Assembly: GCA_024650005.2 (NCBI GenBank)
Contig: CP122380.1
Span: forward strand, 1,920,001-1,984,000
DNA from: Candidatus Bathyarchaeum tardum
GTDB lineage: Archaea; Thermoproteota; Bathyarchaeia; Bathyarchaeales; Bathyarchaeaceae
Direction: 5' to 3'
Length of the DNA stretch: 64,000 nt
Shown here piece after piece: positions 19,552 to 30,200 of the stretch (position 1 is its first letter; each line of letters begins with the position of its first letter). The notes under the pieces were generated by a model. The model was not told where the DNA came from. It was given only the letters and a program-made list of their open reading frames with translations, and made no database searches. The position numbers and the translations under genes were made by a program.

Positions 19552-20262
19552 CTATTTTTTCATTGCCTGTTTTCTTAGTTGAGGAGGCATTTTTTCGATA
19601 GCATATCTTAGTGCGGTTCGGGGCATTTTATCCTTGTTTTTCAGCACATATTCAAACACTTGTTTTTGGTGTTTTTTGCTTGCTTCTTTTAGCAGCCAGC
19701 CATATCCTTTCTGCACCAAATCATCCTTATCTTGCAGTAAACTTTCAGCGATTTCAAAAATATCTTCTAAAAATTTTCCTTTTCGGGCAGGCAAAATAAG
19801 AGTAACGGCTGCGCCTCTTCGCATCCATCGGTTGTTTGATTTGGTCCAGTTTTTGAGGTTTTCAATGTAATTTGGATATTTTTCGATAAATGAACCCATT
19901 GTGTGGTTGCATAGTGTGTCGCATTCTGCCCAGTTACTAACATAGCAGTTAAGCCATTTTTCAAAAACAAAAAAATCCTCAATTTCAAAGCGTTTTTTCA
20001 TGCAATCTGAACAAAAATATGCAATAAAAGCTTCTTCGATGTAACCAGATTTTAGTAGTTCTTCACACATTCCAAAAATTTTAGTTTTTTGTGAGTCTTT
20101 GATTTCCTTAAAAAAGTTTTTTGCAATAACTCTAACTTCTGGAACCCTTACGCCATAAACTTTTACGTCTTCTTTGAAAAAACGTCCAGAACCCTGCTTA
20201 TATTTTTCATCAACTTTAGATTGCAACTCTTTTCTTACTTGATTCACAGGATCCATAGCCAA
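19552..20262 (-). CDS. DNA alkylation repair protein (AlkD-like HEAT repeat)
   Basis: GVRVPEVR, NWAECD, NRWMRR, DLVQKGYGWLLKE and MPRTALRYAIEK motifs. Confidence 0.88.
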   Translation of the reverse strand: MAMDPVNQVRKELQSKVDEKYKQGSGRFFKEDVKVYGVRVPEVRVIAKNFFKEIKDSQKTKIFGMCEELLKSGYIEEAFIAYFCSDCMKKRFEIEDFFVFEKWLNCYVSNWAECDTLCNHTMGSFIEKYPNYIENLKNWTKSNNRWMRRGAAVTLILPARKGKFLEDIFEIAESLLQDKDDLVQKGYGWLLKEASKKHQKQVFEYVLKNKDKMPRTALRYAIEKMPPQLRKQAMKK

Positions 20263-20263
20263 A

Positions 20264-21640
20264 TCAAAGCGCCCCTACAGCTTTGACGTTTTCTACTTTA
20301 ATCCAAGGTGCAACAAGCTGCCCAAGTTGTCGAACATTGTTTCCAAGACCAGAGATGTTTTTTATCACATCAAAGAAAACCCCAGTTATCATAACATCAC
20401 GCAGGGCATGAGTTACTGTGCCGTTTTCAATTTTCCATGCCGGAGTTGCCACTACAGAAAATTCGCCACTTTCGGGGTTGCTGCTGTGAGCACCTTGAAC
20501 ACCATAAACTATCAAACCGTCCTGAATTTGTTCAATCAGTTGGGCGGAGCTTTGATTTCCAGAAAGGAAAACAAAATTGTTTGCCTCAAGAACGGGGGTA
20601 GAAGCATAAGATTCTCCTCCAGACCTTGCGGCATTTCCTGTACTTTTTAGTCCAGCTTTATTTGCAGAATAGTTGTCATACAAGAAATTTTTCAGAACAC
20701 CATTTTCTATTACTGCCGTTTTCTGGCTGGGAACTCCCTCACCGTCAAACTTTCGCGTTAACAACCCACCTTCCAATAGACCATCATCATAAACAGTAAC
20801 AAGGTCTGAAGCAACCTGTTTACCAAGCATGTCTTTAAACGCAGATCGTTCCCGTAAAACAAAATCCCCCTTAATTGCATTAATAACAGTATAATACAAC
20901 AACGATCGAAACGCCGCCTGAGTAAAAATAACAGGAAACACACCAGAAGCCATTTTTTGTGCTTTTAAAGAAAAAACAACCTGCCTAGCAGCTTCAGTTC
21001 CAACCTTTACGGGGTCAATGCCAAAGTTTCTGCGAGTATCCATCTCGAAACAAGCGGGAGTAACATCTGTCCCATCACGGGCAATGGTTTCCATGGAACA
21101 TCCAACGGCAGTGCCCATGTCAGAAACTTCAATCCCATGAGAATTAACCACAACAGAACTAAAAACAGACGTTGCCACCCCACCATCAACAGCTAAAACC
21201 CGTTTATCATAACAGGTGACTGCATTTAACAGCGTAGATGCCATCTCTACTAACTGGTCAGATGTCATATCCTCCACTTTTTTGTCGTAAGTGCCTTTTG
21301 TTTCATAATATTTTCGGGGACTAGGAAGACTGACCCAACTGGGGTCAGGTTTGCTGGCTTTTGCTGCGTTGTAGGCTCGAATTGCGGTTTCTTCCACTGT
21401 TTTAGTTGTCAGAATGTTTGTGTAAGAAAAACCAACTGCCTTTTGGTAAATTGCCCGAACCCCTAGGCCTTGGTCGACACTTTTTTCGCTTCTAACTATT
21501 TGACCCCGTTCAATGTTTATGGACGTACCTGAAGAAAAACCAAGAAAGGCTTCGGCTTCTTGGGCTCCGCTTTTCAGGGCAAAATTTACTGCTTTTTTGC
21601 CTAACTCAATTAATTGCAACGTATTATGCTCCGCCACCAA
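20264..21640 (-). CDS. pmbA: TldE/PmbA family protein
   Basis: GLGVRA, FDGEGVP, LYDNYSA and STGNA.R motifs; no HExxxH; paired with tldD. Confidence 0.9.
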   Translation of the reverse strand: MVAEHNTLQLIELGKKAVNFALKSGAQEAEAFLGFSSGTSINIERGQIVRSEKSVDQGLGVRAIYQKAVGFSYTNILTTKTVEETAIRAYNAAKASKPDPSWVSLPSPRKYYETKGTYDKKVEDMTSDQLVEMASTLLNAVTCYDKRVLAVDGGVATSVFSSVVVNSHGIEVSDMGTAVGCSMETIARDGTDVTPACFEMDTRRNFGIDPVKVGTEAARQVVFSLKAQKMASGVFPVIFTQAAFRSLLYYTVINAIKGDFVLRERSAFKDMLGKQVASDLVTVYDDGLLEGGLLTRKFDGEGVPSQKTAVIENGVLKNFLYDNYSANKAGLKSTGNAARSGGESYASTPVLEANNFVFLSGNQSSAQLIEQIQDGLIVYGVQGAHSSNPESGEFSVVATPAWKIENGTVTHALRDVMITGVFFDVIKNISGLGNNVRQLGQLVAPWIKVENVKAVGAL

Positions 21641-23015
21641 TTGTAATTTCTCCTACGCGTATGTGAGGACCGCCATCACAAATGAAAGCCGTTTGACCTT
21701 TACCGCACCTGCCGGGCCATAACTCAAAGTCTTTACCTACGGCATCAACCCTACGAAGAGTCTCAAGGGCGTTACCGCTAATCGAGGCGCTTCTAACAGG
21801 GGCACTAATTTCGCCTTTGATAATCTCGTATGCTTCTTGGATTCCTACCTGAAAGGTTCCATCCAAGTTCGCCTGACCACCCCGGAAACTTTTCAGGTAA
21901 TAACCAAAATCAACATCTTCAATTAGTTCCTCAAAACTGCTGTCTCCAGTAGCAAGGTACGTGTTACGCATCCTGATGATGGGCTCAACCCTGAAGTCTT
22001 CTGCCCGGGCGTTACCTGTTGGTTCCATGTTCAGTTTATGGGCAGTTTCACGGCTCTGCATAAGACCAATTAATGTTCCCTTTTGTATCAACGCAGTTTT
22101 TTGTGCCCGAACTCCTTCATCATCATACTTGAAAGAGCCAAAAGCGCCATCAACAGTCCCGTCATCATAAACTGTTACAACATCGGATGCAATCTTTTTT
22201 CCAACCTTGTCAAACAATACTGACCCCGACAAAGTCAAGTCTGCTTCTGCGAGATGTCCCATGGCTTCGTGGATGAAAACGCCTACAACGTTTGGACCAA
22301 TAACTGCTGGAAAAGTTCCACCTTTAGGAGTTTTAGCTTTCAGTTGGTCTACGGTGCGCTTTGCAACCATGGCTCCTAGTTTTTCAGGGGTTTGTGAATC
22401 AAAAACTTCGTAGCCTGCAGTTGAACCAATTTCTTCTCGTGCAGAGGCAAAAACGCTGGCTTCACGGGCAGATGCAAGAACACGTGACCAAACATACAGT
22501 TTGTCTTGTTGGATGCAGGTTCGGTCACTATTAACTAAATAGCTGGTTCCAGTTACGTCCAAGTAATTAATTGTGCAACTTTTTATTCGATTATCGTAAC
22601 CAAAAATTGCCTTGTCCATTTTTAGGGTGTTCTCAATTTTTTGTTCCATGGAAACGTCTTTGGGGTTCTTTTTTGGTTTAGCAACTACAGTATCTTCAAC
22701 TGCTTTTATGTCAGCAAGCGTTACAGGAGATTTAACATGCAAACTTGCTGCTCTTGCGAGCTTAACTGCTTCTTTTACAGATTCATGTAACAAGTTAGCT
22801 TCAAGGTTCCCAAGGGACACAAACCCCCATGCGCCCCCCACCAACACTCGGATTCCAGCTCCTGATTCGGTTCCGTCTTTTGCAGTTTCAACTATGCCGT
22901 CTTTTGTAGTCAAGCTAGTTTTGAACAAGTTTTGTGCCCTAACTTCAACATATTCTGCTCCGAGGCTTTGACCGTATTCAACAGTTTTCGCTAAAACATC
23001 CTTCAAAACATTCAA
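21624..23015 (-). CDS. tldD: TldD metalloprotease
   Basis: HEAMGHLAEAD, YDDEG, PTGNARA, RMRNTY and CGKGQ...GGP motifs. Confidence 0.93.
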   Translation of the reverse strand: MNVLKDVLAKTVEYGQSLGAEYVEVRAQNLFKTSLTTKDGIVETAKDGTESGAGIRVLVGGAWGFVSLGNLEANLLHESVKEAVKLARAASLHVKSPVTLADIKAVEDTVVAKPKKNPKDVSMEQKIENTLKMDKAIFGYDNRIKSCTINYLDVTGTSYLVNSDRTCIQQDKLYVWSRVLASAREASVFASAREEIGSTAGYEVFDSQTPEKLGAMVAKRTVDQLKAKTPKGGTFPAVIGPNVVGVFIHEAMGHLAEADLTLSGSVLFDKVGKKIASDVVTVYDDGTVDGAFGSFKYDDEGVRAQKTALIQKGTLIGLMQSRETAHKLNMEPTGNARAEDFRVEPIIRMRNTYLATGDSSFEELIEDVDFGYYLKSFRGGQANLDGTFQVGIQEAYEIIKGEISAPVRSASISGNALETLRRVDAVGKDFELWPGRCGKGQTAFICDGGPHIRVGEITIGGGA

Positions 23016-23069
23016 CGCCCTTTTTGTAATCCGATAAAGAACCTGTTCAGTCTTAAAACTGTTAGCAAC

Positions 23070-24365
23070 TTACATGAAATCGAACATGCTCTTTTGTTTG
23101 GGCTGCTCCGGCGGGACAACAGCAGTATTTTCTGTTTGTTTTTCGTCAAAAAGAACAAGCTCCCCATAGACCCCGTCATACCCGGGAGTAACGTGGGCTT
23201 TTTCTTCCCGTACTCGAACAATTGCATCAGCAATCCGTGGCTCAACAACGGCATTCATTTCTTCTTGGGGTGCATCAATTAGAACAGAGTATTCATCACC
23301 AAACTTTTCAATTAACGAGTCGTAAATTGCCCAAACTTTCTTTGTGGCAGGTGAGCTTACCCCCAATACAGCTTTTATTATTTCATGCAAAGGTAACAAC
23401 CGCTTGTAACCTATGGGATTTTCTGGAACGTAATCTGCTGGACGGTCTGCTAACTCTTCAATTCTTTGGTCTACGCCTCGGGTGAGTTTTCTGCCACACT
23501 CTGGACAGATATTACCGTACTTTATTGCTTCTGCAGGGGAAAAGGAAACCTTACATTTTCTGTGACCAGACCAATGATATTTTCCGTAAGCGGGGTCAGT
23601 TTCAATAGTAAACTTGAAGCGTTTGTTGTCTTTTTTGCGAAGGGTCTCAACTATTTCCATATAAGTTAATTTGGGTAATTCGAAAACGTTAGCTTCACGT
23701 CCAATTCTCCAAGGCCAATGGCTATGGCAGTCACTGTTAGAAATCAACGTGAAACGGTCTAGAGTACTTAGTCTCCAATTCATCGGCGGATCAGAAGAAA
23801 GCCCAGTTTCCAAGGCATGAATATGTTTAGTCATGTCTTCGTAGCAGTCTTCTACGGTGTCAAAGCCACTAAATGCTCCAAACAAACTAAACCAAGGAGT
23901 CCAAACGTGAGCCGGAATAACCTCATTTTGGTTACTGACTTGCATGATTTCTTCCACCAGCTGGGCAGAGGTCATCTCAAGAAAAGGTCTGCCATCAACA
24001 GTAAGGTCGCCATACTGTTTTAGTCGATCATTGATTTGGGAGGCAGTTTCAAGGTTAGGCGTGAAAATCACGTGGTGAATTCGTTTGTTTTTTTCATTTA
24101 CGTAATAGGTTGTGCAAACTTCTGCAGTTAACATGTAATGAACAGGGGACTCAGGTTTAGTAGCTGAACAATACAAATTGGTGCCTGAAACTTCAGATAA
24201 CTCTTCAGACAACTCATTAAACCAAGTTGGGTGGGTAAAATCTCCCGTGCCAACAAGGGTTAAGCCTTTAATTTTTGAATAATGCGTAATCTCATCTATG
24301 GTCATGTTCTGGCTTGTGGCACGACTAAATCTGCTATGAATATGAAGGTCGGCAATTACTCGAAT
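23070..24365 (-). CDS. endoQ: Endonuclease Q (PHP domain + zinc finger), probable ATT start
   Basis: RVIADLHIHSRFSRATS (upstream of the track ATG), GTGDFTHP, PAHVWTPW, LETGLSSDP, SNSDCHS, GKYH..GH..C, CPECG and PGYDGVYG. Confidence 0.9.
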   Translation of the reverse strand: MRVIADLHIHSRFSRATSQNMTIDEITHYSKIKGLTLVGTGDFTHPTWFNELSEELSEVSGTNLYCSATKPESPVHYMLTAEVCTTYYVNEKNKRIHHVIFTPNLETASQINDRLKQYGDLTVDGRPFLEMTSAQLVEEIMQVSNQNEVIPAHVWTPWFSLFGAFSGFDTVEDCYEDMTKHIHALETGLSSDPPMNWRLSTLDRFTLISNSDCHSHWPWRIGREANVFELPKLTYMEIVETLRKKDNKRFKFTIETDPAYGKYHWSGHRKCKVSFSPAEAIKYGNICPECGRKLTRGVDQRIEELADRPADYVPENPIGYKRLLPLHEIIKAVLGVSSPATKKVWAIYDSLIEKFGDEYSVLIDAPQEEMNAVVEPRIADAIVRVREEKAHVTPGYDGVYGELVLFDEKQTENTAVVPPEQPKQKSMFDFM

Positions 24366-24405
24366 TTATTTCACGTTCCTTTTAGTTATCAATATTAGAG
24401 TTCGA

Positions 24406-24600
24406 CTAGTACTGCTTAACAACTATTTCTTTGGGTGACATTTTTAAGATTTGGTTTATCCAGCATTTTTTCCGCAGGTTACGTCTAGCACACCAATCCC
24501 ACATTAAATAGTAAGAATTAGTCCCTGCAGTGAAACAATAATTTTGGAATACAATACACGTTTTAACTCTTATTGTTCTACTTTTTTCTGATAAGAACAA
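24406..24600 (-). CDS. Possible small Cys/Trp-containing protein downstream of abrB
   Basis: 64-aa ORF fills the gap between abrB and endoQ on the same strand; no recognisable motif. Confidence 0.3.
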   Translation of the reverse strand: MFLSEKSRTIRVKTCIVFQNYCFTAGTNSYYLMWDWCARRNLRKKCWINQILKMSPKEIVVKQY

Positions 24601-24619
24601 AAATCTTGCTTTTTAGCTA

Positions 24620-24784
24620 TTAAACTGGATTTAGTTGCCCTTTTTTGATTATTATGTTGCCTTTTTCGTCTTCGATATAAATTATGATATCGCCAATTTT
24701 TACGCGTAGTTTTTTCTGTATCTGTTTGATGACTGTTATTCGGTTGTTTGGTTGAATTTTGCTGCTTCCTAAGACCTTTTCCAA
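24620..24784 (-). CDS. AbrB/SpoVT/MazE-type DNA-binding microprotein (54 aa, not in the ORF track)
   Basis: TTG start; MEKVLGSSKIQPNNRITVIKQIQKKLRVKIGDIIIYIEDEKGNIIIKKGQLNPV fits the swapped-hairpin pattern K.....RIT.....K.L....GD.I. Confidence 0.82.
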   Translation of the reverse strand: MEKVLGSSKIQPNNRITVIKQIQKKLRVKIGDIIIYIEDEKGNIIIKKGQLNPV

Positions 24785-24953
24785 CAGTGAAGCCCGTTCA
24801 AAGATACTATGTTAATTGGTAGATAATGCTAAGTGGTAAAATGCCATAATGGTAATTTTAAATATTTGAAGCTAAGAAAACATGAATGTCTGAAGTCAAG
24901 TCCATCAGAGAGCGAATAATCAACGTTCAGCAAAGTTTAAGGAAAGAAACTTC

Positions 24954-26201
24954 ATGCGTGCTTGTATTCATCGTGGAAGCAACCAAATTGGAGGAAGTTG
25001 CGTAGAAGTAGAAAGCGTTGGTGAACGATTACTCATTGATTTGGGCTTACCGCTTGATGCAGAAAAAAATAGTATTCAGTATTTGCCTGAAATCTCAGGA
25101 TTAGACGGCAATGATTCATCATTATTGGGAATCTTAATTTCTCATCCTCACCTTGACCACTTCGGACTATTAGCGCATAGTGCTCCGCAAATTCCAGTTG
25201 GAATGGGACCTGCTGCTCGCCAAATCTTAATTGCTGCCACGCCTTTCTTGCCTGGCAACTGGCCTATTCCCGCACAGGGATGGGATTACCAAAATGGACA
25301 AAGCTTTGATGCAGGTTCTTTTCGTATTACCCCTTATCTTGTTGACCACTCCGCTTATGATGCCTATGCACTTCTAATTGAAAGCGGAAAAAAACGTCTT
25401 TTCTACAGCGGTGATTTGCGTACTCATGGTCGCAAAGGGGTTTTGGTCAAGCGCTTGGCTGCAAATCCCCCCAAGGATATAGATACGCTACTTTTAGAAG
25501 GCTCTTCACTGGGAAGGCTCAATTATAACCAACAGTTTCCCACAGAAGCTGAGGTTGAAACACAACTTGTGAAAGCCATTTTGGGTACAGAAGGTTTAGT
25601 GTTGGTTCATACTTCAGCTCAAAATATCGACCGTGTTGTCTCCATAATGCGAGCTTGTAAACGAACAGGAAGAAAACTGATTATCGACCTTTACACGGCT
25701 GCAATTCTAGAAGCAACGGGCAACCAAAATATTCCCCAATCCAACTGGCCAGATGTCGAGTTGTTTATTCCTCAAGCTCAACGTATCCAAATTAAAGTAA
25801 ACGCTTGGTTTGACCTGCTCAAACATCATGCAACGAATCGAATTTTCATTGAAGATTTGCGAGAGGCTCAGAACAAGTCCGTTTTGCTTTTTCGGCCATT
25901 GCATTGTCGTGACCTTGAAAGGGGAGATTGCCTGAAAGGAGCCGTTTACATCTATTCTCAATGGGAAGGATACTGGGAAAAAGATGCCTACAAAAAACTG
26001 AAAGAATGGTTAGAACGACACGCCATCTCGAAAACTAGTATTCACACTTCAGGACATGCAAGCCCCAAAGAGCTTAAGAAAATCGTGGAAGCCATCAATC
26101 CTCGCAAGGTTGTTCCAATCCACACCTTTTTCCCTGAACGATATTGCGAGTTATTTCCTAATGTGGAAGTTCATGAGGACGGCGAATGGTGGGCAATATA
26201 A
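24954..26201 (+). CDS. Stand-alone MBL/beta-CASP nuclease (short RNase J-like)
   Basis: IHRGSNQIGGSCVEV, LIDLG, SHPHLDH, VDHS, YSGD, LLLEGS, HTSGHAS and VPIHT motifs. Confidence 0.9.
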   Translation: MRACIHRGSNQIGGSCVEVESVGERLLIDLGLPLDAEKNSIQYLPEISGLDGNDSSLLGILISHPHLDHFGLLAHSAPQIPVGMGPAARQILIAATPFLPGNWPIPAQGWDYQNGQSFDAGSFRITPYLVDHSAYDAYALLIESGKKRLFYSGDLRTHGRKGVLVKRLAANPPKDIDTLLLEGSSLGRLNYNQQFPTEAEVETQLVKAILGTEGLVLVHTSAQNIDRVVSIMRACKRTGRKLIIDLYTAAILEATGNQNIPQSNWPDVELFIPQAQRIQIKVNAWFDLLKHHATNRIFIEDLREAQNKSVLLFRPLHCRDLERGDCLKGAVYIYSQWEGYWEKDAYKKLKEWLERHAISKTSIHTSGHASPKELKKIVEAINPRKVVPIHTFFPERYCELFPNVEVHEDGEWWAI

Positions 26202-27145
26202 TGAGAATATTGTCCAAAACATTTGTGAATGACTTGTTGAAACCAGAAGGCATACTTCATCCAATACTTACACGAATAAAAAAAGACCAAACTCTGATGC
26301 TGGCAATAAGAAAAAATTACATCAACATTTACTATAGGGGTGGAAACATCCTCAAAATTACAGAGCACCCTGAAGGTGTTTACCAAACATTTTTTGACAA
26401 TCAATACAACAAAACCGAGAAAAATATTCCTAACTCACCAGATATTATCATAAGTCAAGATGATTCCCAGAAATGGGTTGTTTCTTTCTCCGAGCGGAAA
26501 AATATAATGGATGAATACTTCTCCGCTTACGGTAAGGCCGAGCGAGAATTCCAACAGTTATTAGCTCGTGAAAACAACTATTCATCTATTTCAAATGAAA
26601 CCGAATATTTCATACCTGATATAGAAGCTGCTGACCCTCTTGGTCGCTTTGATATCATGGCAATTCGCTGGCTGGCGAAAGACCGCAAATATGGCAGCAA
26701 ATGCACAACTGCCTTGATTGAAATGAAATATAGTGATAGTGCTCTAGGAGGAAGAGCCGGATTATTAAAGCATCTGAAGGATATGGATACATTCATCTCT
26801 GACAAGGAAAAATACAGAAAACGATTGCAAACAATGGAGAGTCAATTCAATCAACTTGATGAACTTGAATTACTCAAATTCAACAAAGGCCGAAGCAATG
26901 CCAAAGTAAAGCTTAACGTTAACGATAAACCTGAAGTCATTTTTATACTTGCCAATCACAATCCACGTAGCTCAAAACTAAAAAAGATTCTTTTTGACCC
27001 TGAGATTAAAAAATATGAACAATCAGAACTATTTGACCTCAAGTTTTATGTTGCCTGTTTTGCGGGTTACGGATTGCATGCGAACTGCATGTTCACTCTA
27101 GCCCAAATATTACAATTAGAACACTCATTTAGAAACAAAAAATAA
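26201..27145 (+). CDS. Putative PD-(D/E)XK nuclease, translationally coupled to the beta-CASP gene
   Basis: TAATG overlap at 26199-26203; EREFQQ ... RFD ... IEMK ... GLLKHLKD pattern. Confidence 0.65.
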   Translation: MRILSKTFVNDLLKPEGILHPILTRIKKDQTLMLAIRKNYINIYYRGGNILKITEHPEGVYQTFFDNQYNKTEKNIPNSPDIIISQDDSQKWVVSFSERKNIMDEYFSAYGKAEREFQQLLARENNYSSISNETEYFIPDIEAADPLGRFDIMAIRWLAKDRKYGSKCTTALIEMKYSDSALGGRAGLLKHLKDMDTFISDKEKYRKRLQTMESQFNQLDELELLKFNKGRSNAKVKLNVNDKPEVIFILANHNPRSSKLKKILFDPEIKKYEQSELFDLKFYVACFAGYGLHANCMFTLAQILQLEHSFRNKK

Positions 27146-27214
27146 CTTTTTCTTACCTTCTTATCATCGCCGAACCTTTACGCGTTTAGAATAATATAAT
27201 TCAAATGTAGAAAG

Positions 27215-27400
27215 TCATTTCGGTGCTCGTTTGTATTTGCCTCTGCTTTTTCGAATTATCTCTCCATTCTGCAATAACTGATTCAATACAGCCCTAGTTT
27301 CATGGTGAAACCTTGGCTCGTTATATTTTGTAAATTCTGTTTGAAAGACAGATAATGTATAATTCCGCTCTACAGCCTTGTAGATTTCTTGAACTGAAAA
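27215..27400 (-). pseudogene. 5'-truncated Mrr_N-like winged-helix fragment
   Basis: Startless frame FSVQEIYKAVERNYTLS...YNEPRFHHETRAVLNQLLQNGEIIRKSRGKYKR, with an in-frame TGA immediately upstream. Confidence 0.6.
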
Positions 27401-27501
27401 TCAGCAATAACCCTCAAAGTTTACACCCAAATACACGGTTTACTATCATTTGCTATAATTGCATTGCCATTAATAACACAACCATTTAAAGAAACTCGCA
27501 T

Positions 27502-27660
27502 TTACTTGCTTTTTTCAAATAACAAATAATAGTTAACTTCTGAGCCACAGAGCTGAGCTGTAGAATAGGTGTGTAAACTCCATCCGTTGCTTTGATATTC
27601 CTTGATGACTTGTCCCACACTTTTCTGATGTTTAACTTGAACACATTCCCATTGGTTCAA
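27502..27660 (-). CDS. Small DUF4177-like protein (52 aa, not in the ORF track)
   Basis: GGTGA SD then TTG; MNQWECVQVKHQKSVGQVIKEYQSNGWSLHTYSTAQLCGSEVNYYLLFEKSK shows the WE...GW.L...LLFEK pattern. Confidence 0.7.
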   Translation of the reverse strand: MNQWECVQVKHQKSVGQVIKEYQSNGWSLHTYSTAQLCGSEVNYYLLFEKSK

Positions 27661-27711
27661 ACTGTTTCACCAATAAATCTCTTGGAAAAAGTAACGATTA
27701 ACTGTCCTTTC

Positions 27712-27757
27712 AAAAAACAAAAAGAAAATAAAAAGAGTTTACGGGGATTTTTCCCCG
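27712..27757 (-). terminator. Probable cdc48 terminator (hairpin plus U-rich tract)
   Basis: CGGGGA-N4-TCCCCG at 27742-27757 right after the stop codon, followed by long T-runs on the minus strand. Confidence 0.55.
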
Positions 27758-27761
27758 ATGC

Positions 27762-29930
<2,169 letters not shown>

Positions 29931-30200
29931 TCATTTTATTTTTTTAAATGTTACAAGTCTTACATTGTATGTTGTTTTCTACACATATAAATATTACCAA
30001 TTTCCCATATTCTGGAAAATTCAAAAAAAATACGTTTCAAACAAAAAAAATAGTTAAAAGAATTAATTTAATTATTGTATTTTGATTTTATTCTTTTGAA
30101 TGCCTCCAAAATACCAACAGTTGGATTACACTACAACATGATATCGATTTTAATGAAACTTGTCGACAAACAAATAACCCACTCACGAAGAGCCTTCCAG

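Larger units (their letters stand above)
24366..27400. mobile_element. Putative ~3 kb insert at the 5' end of endoQ, with no integrase
   Basis: Bounded by the working endoQ start (att cga gta att gcc gac ctt ca) and an orphan copy (ttg agg gtt att gct gat ttt ca, 27417-27395). Cargo is AbrB, a nuclease pair and a truncated wHTH. Confidence 0.55.

Noticed and set aside
18167-20262. tRNA-targeted integrative element next to tRNA-Val/Ser (also considered for tRNA-Asn at 46536)
   Set aside because: I found no duplicated tRNA 3' end and no integrase by eye; the flanking genes are ordinary accessory genes.
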